Assembly: GCA_021813145.1 (NCBI GenBank)
Contig: JAKALS010000002.1
Location: forward strand, 101,595-147,861
DNA: 46,267 nucleotides
Source of the DNA: a bacterium
GTDB taxonomy: Bacteria; Patescibacteriota; Microgenomatia; Levybacterales; UBA12049
Reading direction: 5' to 3'
A model generated the notes under the pieces. The model made no database searches and had not been told where the DNA came from. It saw only the letters and a list, made by a program, of their open reading frames with translations. A program made the position numbers and the translations under genes. Positions 26,822 through 34,464 of this stretch are shown here, piece after piece. Numbering within the stretch: the first letter of the stretch is position 1; each line of letters opens with the position of its first letter.

Positions 26822-27151
26822 ATGCTTAAAAACCTGACTAAAAAGAGCACGGTTTCAAAAAATATAGAAGTGGCAGACGGTTTTTGGCAAAGGACCGTAG
26901 GTCTAATAGGAAAAGAAGGCAGAACTCTTACATTCCATACAAGATTTGGAATCCATACTTTCGGTATGAAATCCCCTATGGACGTACTGATACTTGACGA
27001 TAAGATGAAGGTTGTTTCTCTTAAGAAAAACTTCAAGCCAAACAGGATATTTTTATGGAACCCCAGATATAAAATAGTGGTAGAAACAAAAAATGGAGCA
27101 ATAGACAAAAGCAAAACCGGTCTGGGAGACATGCTTAAAATTGAACTATAG
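26822..27151 (+). CDS. DUF192-family protein
   Basis: IEVADGFWQRTVGLIG, IHTFGMKSPMDVLILD, VVE...G.......GD pattern; start reassigned from 26726 to avoid overlapping murE and to fit the -10 box. Confidence 0.85.
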   Translation: MLKNLTKKSTVSKNIEVADGFWQRTVGLIGKEGRTLTFHTRFGIHTFGMKSPMDVLILDDKMKVVSLKKNFKPNRIFLWNPRYKIVVETKNGAIDKSKTGLGDMLKIEL

Positions 27152-28471
27152 GCTCTCGGCTCTTTTTTTATCCCAGAATTCTCCCCGTCTGCAAAGCTTA
27201 TCTTTATCCTTTATATTTTTTAATAATATCTCAACTACTCTTTCCAGATACAAGGTATTCTGGGAACTTTTTACAAGAATTATGTCTCCCGGTTCTATAA
27301 GCTCTCTTATTTTTTCCCTCCCCTCGGTAAAATTGGGAAATTCATAAAAAGGAAACTTATGCTCCATAAGAACAGGCGCTACAAATTTCTGCATTAGGGG
27401 ACCTATTATTACGGCGAAATCGCAAGTATTTAGAATTTTATCGGCAACTATTTTATGCTGCGTTGCGCTTAAGGTTCCGAGCTCGCGCATATCTCCCAAA
27501 ATTGCAATTTTTCTTTTGCTTTTACCGATTTTTTTAAGCATATCCAGAATGTCCAAAAGAGGAATGAGTGTGGCATTATTGTATGAAGAATCTATAACTA
27601 CGGAACCTTTTATTCCTTCGAATACATTCATTCTGCCTGCAGGCAAAGAAAAACTTTTTTCCAAAGCTTTTATTGCTTCTTCTATACCAAATCCCGCCTC
27701 TTTTGAAACAGCGATAGCAAAAAGAATCGAATAAATATAATGTACCGGAAGAGGCTGACTGATTTTAACTTTGTATTCTTTTTCTCTATACTTAAAAGAA
27801 AAACTAAAAAAATCAATTCCCAAATCGATATTTTTTGCAAAAAAGTCAGCCCGATTATTCTTAAGCGAAACGTTTACTATCGAACTTTTTATGTTATCTA
27901 TATATTTTAGAATTTCCGAATCGTCATTATTTATTACAACAATTCCGTCTTTGCCGAGTGAAGTTATCAGCAAAGATTCCTGCCCGGCCGTTAAAGATAA
28001 TATTTTTTCTTCCCTTTTTTCTTCACCCTCGACCAGATAATCAAAATACTGACTGTGTTCAAGCGAAATATTGGTCAAAACTGCAATTTTCGGCTTTATG
28101 ATTTTAAGGAGATAGCTCATATTCTTGGGCTCTTTAGGCCCGTCTATCCCCATCTCGGCAATATATATTTCGTATTTATCCCAATCAAAGATAATCCTAA
28201 AAAGTCCAACAAGAGAAATCCTTAACCAATCTTTTATGGAATAATCTTTTGGCGAAACAAAGAGAACGCTCAAGGGGATACCTGTCTCGCTGTTTTTCCC
28301 GCCGCTCTGTCTTATTTTATATTTTGTTTTTAAGATAAGAGAAATCAAATAAGAGGTCGAGCTTTTCCCGCTCGAGCCGCCTACTCCTATTACAAGAGGT
28401 CTTATTTTCCAAAGTTGAATTTTGGCCAACAAACGAAGGTATAAAAGAAAAAATTTCTTAGCTTTATCCAC
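27146..28471 (-). CDS. murF: MurF-family ligase lacking the canonical N-terminal domain
   Basis: GSSGKSSTS, NSETGIPLS, AEMGID, GRM, IDSSYN, ILGDMRELG, H, ILVKSS; GTG start 7 nt after TATAAT (28484-28479). Confidence 0.85.
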   Translation of the reverse strand: MDKAKKFFLLYLRLLAKIQLWKIRPLVIGVGGSSGKSSTSYLISLILKTKYKIRQSGGKNSETGIPLSVLFVSPKDYSIKDWLRISLVGLFRIIFDWDKYEIYIAEMGIDGPKEPKNMSYLLKIIKPKIAVLTNISLEHSQYFDYLVEGEEKREEKILSLTAGQESLLITSLGKDGIVVINNDDSEILKYIDNIKSSIVNVSLKNNRADFFAKNIDLGIDFFSFSFKYREKEYKVKISQPLPVHYIYSILFAIAVSKEAGFGIEEAIKALEKSFSLPAGRMNVFEGIKGSVVIDSSYNNATLIPLLDILDMLKKIGKSKRKIAILGDMRELGTLSATQHKIVADKILNTCDFAVIIGPLMQKFVAPVLMEHKFPFYEFPNFTEGREKIRELIEPGDIILVKSSQNTLYLERVVEILLKNIKDKDKLCRRGEFWDKKRAESL

Positions 28472-28497
28472 TGAGATTATTATAGCTCATTTACTTT

Positions 28498-30183
28498 TTA
28501 TTGTCCGCCAGAAGGAGGAATTCCGTAATAAGCAAGAAGGTCTTTTGCTATTTCAAAAAATACCGGTGCCGCAGTTTCGGCACCGTATATAGAGGCCGTA
28601 GGCTTATCCAAAATAACAAGCATTGCGAATTTTGGATTGTCCGCAGGAGCAAAACCCACAAAAGAAGCAATAGTTTTTGTAGGATCATAATGGCCGTTTA
28701 TCGGAATAGAAGCGGTTCCTGTTTTGCCTGCTATTCGATAGCCGGGAAGCTTTGTCCAGGCCGCTTCCCCTTTATCTACCGCATTTATCATTATCTCGGT
28801 CATGACTTTTGCTGTTTCGGGGGTTATCGGAGAATCAATCTCTTTAGGCGGAATTTTAACGAGTGAACCGTCAGGGTTTTCAACGGCCGTTACTACATGA
28901 GGCTCCATCCTGTGGCCGTTATTGGCTATTGCCGAAATAGCATCAAGAAGTTCAATCGGTGTTACGGAAATTCCCTGCCCGAATCCGGTTGTTGCCAAAT
29001 CTACCGGGTACCACTGGCTTGGAGGTTTCATGGAGGGGGCAACCTCTCCCTGTAAATCGATTCCGGTCATATTGCCTATCCCAAATTTATTCAGATAATC
29101 AATCATTCTTGTAAGCCCCAGCTTTTGGGCAACAAATACCATACCCGTGTTATCCGAGTGCTGAATGACTTCGGTCATGGTGGTGTTCGGAAAATACTTA
29201 TCGTCCCAAGTATGTATTAAATATCCTCCAACGGGTACGGGTCCCGCACATATAGGACACTGCGTATCGGGCGTAATAAGATTTGCATTAAGAGCGGAAG
29301 ACATGACAATAGGCTTAAAGGTAGAACCGGGTTCATAGGTGTTTGTAATAAAGGGGTTTACGTAAAGGTTATCGGAATAATCCTGATAATTGCTCGGATC
29401 AAAAGTAGGAAAAGAAGCCATTGCTATGATATCCCCCGTTTTCGGATCCATAATCCCTATCATTCCCCCGGTTGCTCCGTATTTCTGAATACTGTCTTTA
29501 AGTACTTTTTCTGCCAAAAATTGTATAGGCCTATTTATACTTAAGATAAGACTGCTTCCGTCTATCTGCGCAGACTGCTGGCTTATTTGCGACAATATCG
29601 GTTTTCCGAAAGCATCGTGAACCTCTATTGCCGTTCCCGCTTTACCTTCCAAAAGCCTATTATAATAACCTTCCAAACCGAAGTACCCTTTATCGTTCCC
29701 GTATTCGTCTTTGCCTACAAAACCCAAAAGTTGTGCCGCCATGGAGGCCTCGGGATAAAAACGCGTATACTGCTGTTCAAAGCCAATTCCCGACAGATTA
29801 AAATTTGATATTTCGTCTTTTACTTTACTCTCAACGCCCGAGGCAATAGGAACCCAGTATCTGTCGAGGCTAAGCTCTGCGCTAATCGTGGCCTGGTCGA
29901 TTCCCAGAGTTTTTGACAAAAGTAAAGAAGTTTCGCCTATATTCTTAATTTCTTTCGGATTGGCAAATACCTGATAGGCAATCCTATTTGTGGCGATGGG
30001 AAATCCGTCGGAAGTCATTATTTCACCTCTTTGGGGATAAAGAGTAACCGTTGTTCCGTATTGCTGCTGACCAAGCTGGGAAAGCTCCTGGGCTTTAACT
30101 ACCTGCCAGTAAAAGAGTCTGGCAATTACTATAAAAAACAGGAATAGTATTCCTACAAATGTAATTCTGTATCTCCATGTCAT
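28498..30183 (-). CDS. ftsI: Class B penicillin-binding protein (FtsI/PBP3)
   Basis: N-terminal TM, RGEI, RFYP, GLEGYY, YEPGSTFK (SxxK), SDN (SxN), AGKTGTA; follows ftsL. Confidence 0.93.
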   Translation of the reverse strand: MTWRYRITFVGILFLFFIVIARLFYWQVVKAQELSQLGQQQYGTTVTLYPQRGEIMTSDGFPIATNRIAYQVFANPKEIKNIGETSLLLSKTLGIDQATISAELSLDRYWVPIASGVESKVKDEISNFNLSGIGFEQQYTRFYPEASMAAQLLGFVGKDEYGNDKGYFGLEGYYNRLLEGKAGTAIEVHDAFGKPILSQISQQSAQIDGSSLILSINRPIQFLAEKVLKDSIQKYGATGGMIGIMDPKTGDIIAMASFPTFDPSNYQDYSDNLYVNPFITNTYEPGSTFKPIVMSSALNANLITPDTQCPICAGPVPVGGYLIHTWDDKYFPNTTMTEVIQHSDNTGMVFVAQKLGLTRMIDYLNKFGIGNMTGIDLQGEVAPSMKPPSQWYPVDLATTGFGQGISVTPIELLDAISAIANNGHRMEPHVVTAVENPDGSLVKIPPKEIDSPITPETAKVMTEIMINAVDKGEAAWTKLPGYRIAGKTGTASIPINGHYDPTKTIASFVGFAPADNPKFAMLVILDKPTASIYGAETAAPVFFEIAKDLLAYYGIPPSGGQ

Positions 30184-30464
30184 TGTTTAAGTGCTATAGG
30201 CAGCGGATTAGTCAAGACAAAATCTCCCGAGTTCTGAACAAATCCCAAATTCTTCGCTTCTTTTGAAACGTATGTCAGCGAAGACATAGAATACACTTTT
30301 TCGCTTAAAATTGCATTCTCCGTTTTATAATAGCTTATTTGCTGCTGTATGTCACCCAAAACCATTCCCGAGGTTGATATCCTGTTTGCAAGAAAAGTCT
30401 TAAACAAAGACAGGACAACTATCGTCATTACCAAAAATAATATTATGAGGGCAGGTTTTTTCAT
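30180..30464 (-). CDS. ftsL: FtsL-like cell division protein
   Basis: TM, short coiled coil and A..LGF motif; between rsmH and ftsI. Confidence 0.7.
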   Translation of the reverse strand: MKKPALIILFLVMTIVVLSLFKTFLANRISTSGMVLGDIQQQISYYKTENAILSEKVYSMSSLTYVSKEAKNLGFVQNSGDFVLTNPLPIALKQ

Positions 30465-30466
30465 AA

Positions 30467-31363
30467 TTAATTTTTTTCAAATACTCTTAATTTTGCGCTT
30501 CTGCTTCTTGTATTCACTCTTTTTTCTTCTTCTGTTGCCGTTACCGGTTTCTTTGTGATTACTCTTCCCTTATTTTCTTTTTCAAAACCGGCAAAAGCTT
30601 GTTTTACTATTCTGTCTTCTAAAGAATGGAAGCTTATTACAGCCATTCTTCCTCCACTTTCCAAAAGCCCCAAAGCTTTTGGAAGCGCTTCTTCAAGGCT
30701 TCCCAGTTCGTCGTTAACCGCAATTCTTAAAGCCTGAAAAACCCTCTTATTTAAATTCGCTCTGGTAAAGTCGTTTACTTCGCCTTTTATCCCGTATGCC
30801 TGTTGTATAATTCCCGATAAGTCCCCTGTTGTCTCGATGGGCGCTATTCTACGGGCGCTCACAATACCGCGAGAAATGGCAAGAGCATTGCGTTCTTCAC
30901 CAAATTTACTAAAAATTTCATTCAATTCTCCTTTCGGTAAAACGTTTATAAGGTCTCTTGCCGATACGGCAAGCTCCTTGTCCATTCTCATGTCCAGCGG
31001 ACCTCCTTTTGAAAAACTGAATCCCCTCTTCGGGTTATCTACCTGATAGGAGGAAAGACCCAAATCAAAAATTATTCCGCCGACCTTATCAAATTTATTT
31101 AAATGTGCAATTCTGTCTATATCCCTAAAATTCCCTTTGGCCGTAAGTAATTTGGAATTCGTAATTTGTAATTTGAAATTGTTTTTAACGTACTTTAAAG
31201 CTTCTTCGTCCTGGTCTATTCCTAAAACTCTTCCTCCAAGCCTCAAAATTTCCCCGGTATGTCCGCCTCCTCCCAGAGTTGCGTCTATATACCTTTTCCC
31301 CTCCTTAACTTCTAAAAAGCCAAGAACTTCTTTTAAAAGTACCGGCGTATGAAAATTATTCAT
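30467..31363 (-). CDS. rsmH: 16S rRNA m4C1402 methyltransferase
   Basis: HTPVLL.EV, DATLGGGGH, DLGLSS.Q, RGFSF, PLDMRM, FQALRIAVN.EL, ISFHSLEDRIVK, RSRSAKLR. Confidence 0.98.
   Translation of the reverse strand: MNNFHTPVLLKEVLGFLEVKEGKRYIDATLGGGGHTGEILRLGGRVLGIDQDEEALKYVKNNFKLQITNSKLLTAKGNFRDIDRIAHLNKFDKVGGIIFDLGLSSYQVDNPKRGFSFSKGGPLDMRMDKELAVSARDLINVLPKGELNEIFSKFGEERNALAISRGIVSARRIAPIETTGDLSGIIQQAYGIKGEVNDFTRANLNKRVFQALRIAVNDELGSLEEALPKALGLLESGGRMAVISFHSLEDRIVKQAFAGFEKENKGRVITKKPVTATEEEKRVNTRSRSAKLRVFEKN
31149..31180. repeat. Heptamer tandem repeat (AATTYGN)x4+ inside rsmH
   Basis: AATTTGG AATTCGT AATTTGT AATTTGA AATT; translated as NFKLQITNSKL. Confidence 0.85.
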
Positions 31364-31366
31364 AGC

Positions 31367-31804
31367 CTATTTCCCTTTTTCCTCTTCTACCAAACGCTGC
31401 GAAATTCTGTCTATGTTCTTTTCAAGGTTCACTCTATATTCTTCCCAAAGCTCTTTACTCCAAACCTCAACGTATCTGGAAAGGCCTAGGAATACGACAT
31501 CTCCTTTAATCTTTCCAAAGTTTCTAAGGTAAGAAGGGATAACAAACCTTCCCTTATGGTCGAGCTCGACACTACTTGCGTTTCCGAGTAAAAACCTCTG
31601 GGTTTCTCTAGTCTCAGACTGGATAAAGGGCTTTCCTTCCGTACCTTCAAGTAGAGCCTTCCATCCTTCTTCCGATACGACGATAAGCGAGTTTTCATAT
31701 CCTAAAGTTATAATCAGCTTATCCTTGAGAACTTCCCTGAATTTTTTTGGAAATGCCGTTCTTCCTTTGGCATCGACTTTTCCTTCGTATTGTCCTATCA
31801 ACAT
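31367..31804 (-). CDS. mraZ: Transcriptional regulator MraZ
   Basis: Two DxKGR repeats (DAKGR, DHKGR), VEVW; first gene of the dcw cluster. Confidence 0.97.
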   Translation of the reverse strand: MLIGQYEGKVDAKGRTAFPKKFREVLKDKLIITLGYENSLIVVSEEGWKALLEGTEGKPFIQSETRETQRFLLGNASSVELDHKGRFVIPSYLRNFGKIKGDVVFLGLSRYVEVWSKELWEEYRVNLEKNIDRISQRLVEEEKGK

Positions 31805-31840
31805 ATCTTCACCCCGATATGGCGGGGCCTGCCTTCTGGC

Positions 31841-31902
31841 CCACTATTTCCCACTTTGGACCACTTTATACCATTTTGAATCACTTTATAGGTACGTGTC
31901 AA
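31841..31902 (-). promoter_or_regulatory. mraZ promoter with five 10-bp-periodic MraZ boxes
   Basis: Plus strand CCACT ATTTC / CCACT TTGGA / CCACT TTATA / CCATT TTGAA / TCACT TTATA (31841-31890), i.e. AGTGG-N5 on the minus strand; TTGACA(31902-31897)-18-CAAAAT(31878-31873). Confidence 0.88.
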
Positions 31903-31974
31903 GAGGTAAAACAGAAAAATAGTGTATTAAAAAGAAAAAACCGCTAAATATGTACGGAGATTTTTAAAAAGGGT

Positions 31975-32487
31975 TTACTGAGAGGATGTAGGACCGGCTG
32001 ACAACTCTGCTTGATAGGCTTTTCCGTCTGTTTTTGTAATTTTAAGAGTCAATTTTATGTCCGTAATGCCCGTATCATAATGGCAGACATCCGAACAAGT
32101 TCCTAAGGTTATGTCCTGACTTACCGGACTCCCGGGACTTTTTATCGTAATATCTCCTATAGCTCCTCTTGCTACCTGCTCCCCATTGACGGTTGCATTG
32201 TAAGATAATTCGTAGCTTACTGCCGTTAAGTCTTGTGTCTGGCTAATCTTCAGCGTTACCACCTTGTCTCCGGGACCCTCCGTAAGAGTAATACCCAAAG
32301 AGCTCGGATCTATCGAAGGCACGGGTGTATCCGTGGGCATAGGTGTTACCGCCGCCTGCTGCTGTTGAGGCTGGGATTTAGAAGAAGAAATAAAGAAAAA
32401 TGCTCCTCCCAAAACGACTAACACTACAACGACTGCTAAGGCTATAAGAAGAGTCTTATTTTTGAGGTACTTTTGGAGTTTTTCCAT
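31975..32487 (-). CDS. Single-TM extracellular hypothetical protein with LGTCSDVC motif
   Basis: TM, Gln/Pro/Thr linker, beta-rich domain. The track's TTG start at 32526 is a TTGACA -35 box (17 nt, then TATGCT), so the ATG at 32487 is preferred. Confidence 0.82.
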   Translation of the reverse strand: MEKLQKYLKNKTLLIALAVVVVLVVLGGAFFFISSSKSQPQQQQAAVTPMPTDTPVPSIDPSSLGITLTEGPGDKVVTLKISQTQDLTAVSYELSYNATVNGEQVARGAIGDITIKSPGSPVSQDITLGTCSDVCHYDTGITDIKLTLKITKTDGKAYQAELSAGPTSSQ

Positions 32488-32543
32488 AACTGTAGCTAGC
32501 ATATCCGAAACCTTTTCCACTGTCAAGCCCCGAGGGTTTGAAA

Positions 32544-33845
32544 CTATTTCAGTTTTTCTATAAAATACCGGCCGAGCTTGTCTATTTCTATCCTTTCCTG
32601 TTTTGCGGTGTCGCGGTCACGCACCGTTACCGTTTTGTCTTCAAGGGTCTGAAAATCCACTGTTACACAAAAAGGTGTTCCCACCTCGTCCTGGGCAAAA
32701 TATCTTTTTCCTATATTTCCCCTCTCGTCCCAGGCAACCATCATATTCTCCCTTAAATTCTCATAGATTTTTCGTGCCTGCCCGACAAGTTCTTCTTTGT
32801 TTGCCAAAAGGGGAAATACGGCAACTTTGTATGGAGCAAGCTTTGGACTTAACTTAAGAATTTTTCTTTCACCGTCTTCCGAATAAGCGTCTATCAAAAA
32901 GAAAAGCAAAGCTCTGTCCACTCCGCCGGAAGTCTCTATAACCCAGGGTGTGAATTTTTTGCCTGTCTCGTCAACATAAGAAAGATTGTGCCTTGATAAA
33001 TCCCAGTCGCCCCTATGATGAATTCCCTCAAATTCGGACCACCCGAAAGGCGCGTCGTATTCTATATCCTCGGCTTTTCTTGCATAATGCGCCCTTTCAT
33101 CGTCCCTATGCTCTCTAAATCTTAATTTCTCTTTTTTTATTCCAAGAGAAACATACCAATTCATTCTTTGCTCTTTCCAGTATTCAAACCATTTATTCCC
33201 TTCACTATCCTGCGGCCTTACAAAAAATTCAAGCTCCATCTGTTCGAATTCTCTGCTTCTAAAGGTGAAATTTCCCGGAGTTATTTCGTTTCTAAAAGCT
33301 TTTCCCGTTTGCGCGATACCAAAAGGTATCTTTACTCTTGTCGATGAAATCACGTTTTCAAAATTAACAAAAGCTCCCTGGGTAATTTCTCCCCTTAAGA
33401 AAATTTCGGACTGCTCTCCTTCTATTATTCCAAGGTATGCTTTTACCAGAAGATTAAATTTTTGAGGCTTTGTCCATTCGACTTTTTCTTTATGCGACTT
33501 TTCGTGCGCTTTTATTTCTTCTTCCTTATCGGCTCTGAATCTCTGATGGCATTTTTTACACTCGACAAGAGGATCGGTGAAAGCGGCAAGATGACCAGAT
33601 TTCTCCCAAACCGTAGGATTCATCATAATAGCGGCGTCAACCCCCACCACATCGCTTCTTTTTTGAACCGTAAATTTCCACCACTCATCTTTTATGTTCT
33701 TTTTTAAAAGTGTTCCCGCCGGGCCGTAGTCCCAGGTTCCCGTAAGCCCGCCGTAAATTTCGCTTCCGGGATAAATAAAACCCCGCCTTTTGCACAGCGA
33801 AACAACCTTTTCCATCAAATCAGGCTCTTTACCTTGATTATTCAT
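32544..33845 (-). CDS. glyQS: Glycyl-tRNA synthetase, alpha2 (homodimeric) type
   Basis: SLCKRRGF.YP.SEIYGG, DYGP.G, GKAFRNEITPGNF.FR.REFEQME, VIETS.GVDR, IGKRY..QDEVGTPFC.TVDF. Confidence 0.97.
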   Translation of the reverse strand: MNNQGKEPDLMEKVVSLCKRRGFIYPGSEIYGGLTGTWDYGPAGTLLKKNIKDEWWKFTVQKRSDVVGVDAAIMMNPTVWEKSGHLAAFTDPLVECKKCHQRFRADKEEEIKAHEKSHKEKVEWTKPQKFNLLVKAYLGIIEGEQSEIFLRGEITQGAFVNFENVISSTRVKIPFGIAQTGKAFRNEITPGNFTFRSREFEQMELEFFVRPQDSEGNKWFEYWKEQRMNWYVSLGIKKEKLRFREHRDDERAHYARKAEDIEYDAPFGWSEFEGIHHRGDWDLSRHNLSYVDETGKKFTPWVIETSGGVDRALLFFLIDAYSEDGERKILKLSPKLAPYKVAVFPLLANKEELVGQARKIYENLRENMMVAWDERGNIGKRYFAQDEVGTPFCVTVDFQTLEDKTVTVRDRDTAKQERIEIDKLGRYFIEKLK

Positions 33846-33897
33846 AAATAAAAAAAGGCGAGGCTGCCACCGGCGGCCCTTCTTTTACTCCATTCAT
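33838..33897 (-). CDS. Putative leaderless upstream mini-ORF (leader peptide) of glyQS, MNGVKEGPPVAASPFFIYE
   Basis: ATG lies 6 nt after extended -10 TGcTATCAT (33912-33904); Gly codons at 3 and 7; GC-rich hairpin followed by T7; TAA stop overlaps the glyQS start (ATGAATAA). Confidence 0.5.
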   Translation of the reverse strand: MNGVKEGPPVAASPFFIYE

Positions 33898-33923
33898 ACC
33901 GTAATGATAGCAAAAACCCGAAT

Positions 33924-34463
33924 TTAAGTAAAACGTTTTAGTATTCTTTTGCTCTTCAATTTCCTTTCCAGAATCTGTTCTATAAAAGAAGATGTATCAA
34001 AATCTTCGGGAACAGGTGCCTTATAAAATCCGAGTCTTGTCAAAAGTTCTATTTCGAATTCGTGTATAACCGGAACCAAATCCTCGTTACCATCGAGTCT
34101 GCCAAGAGTCTCTTTTAGAAGGTTATAAACCTCTATATTTTCCTGCTCCTCGGCACAGAGTCCGTCTACAAGTTCGCAAATATGGTATGCAAAACCTACT
34201 TTTGTAAGGTCTTCTTTTATTTCTTCAAAGTTTCTGATACTCTCAACCTCTGTTAATACAAACATCCCTCTTCCTTTGTAAAGACCGAATTTGCACTGGT
34301 TTAAAAGTTCTATATGTCCTGCCCGGCGGCTATTGATCCTGCGAACACCGGCTGCTTTAATCTGCACTTTTCCCAGAGTTTTAGTAAAAATGGTAAGGAG
34401 TCTGTCAGCTTCGCCGAAATTAACGCGTTTTATAACAATCCCTTCGGTTTTAATCGACCTCAT
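33924..34463 (-). CDS. recO: DNA repair protein RecO, short form
   Basis: TEGIVIK...FGEADRLLTIFT...GK....A.GVR...SRRAG, FEIELL..LGF; C-terminal part reduced; recO-glyQS adjacency. Confidence 0.92.
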   Translation of the reverse strand: MRSIKTEGIVIKRVNFGEADRLLTIFTKTLGKVQIKAAGVRRINSRRAGHIELLNQCKFGLYKGRGMFVLTEVESIRNFEEIKEDLTKVGFAYHICELVDGLCAEEQENIEVYNLLKETLGRLDGNEDLVPVIHEFEIELLTRLGFYKAPVPEDFDTSSFIEQILERKLKSKRILKRFT

Positions 34464-34464
34464 A

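Noticed and set aside
26726-27140. Longer DUF192 start at 26726, and the ATGCTTAAAA 10-mer at 26822 and 27131 as a possible target-site duplication
   Set aside because: The extension overlaps murE. Both 10-mers lie inside the coding sequence (MLK) in AT-rich DNA with no transposase or inverted repeats, so coincidence is likely.
32488-32526. TTG start of the 183-aa ORF
   Set aside because: The TTGACA is a -35 box with TATGCT 17 nt downstream; the ATG at 32487 fits better.
33846-33923. T-box riboswitch upstream of glyQS (and of ileS at 4367-4472)
   Set aside because: The leaders are far too short and lack the UGGNACC antiterminator bulge and stem I motifs.
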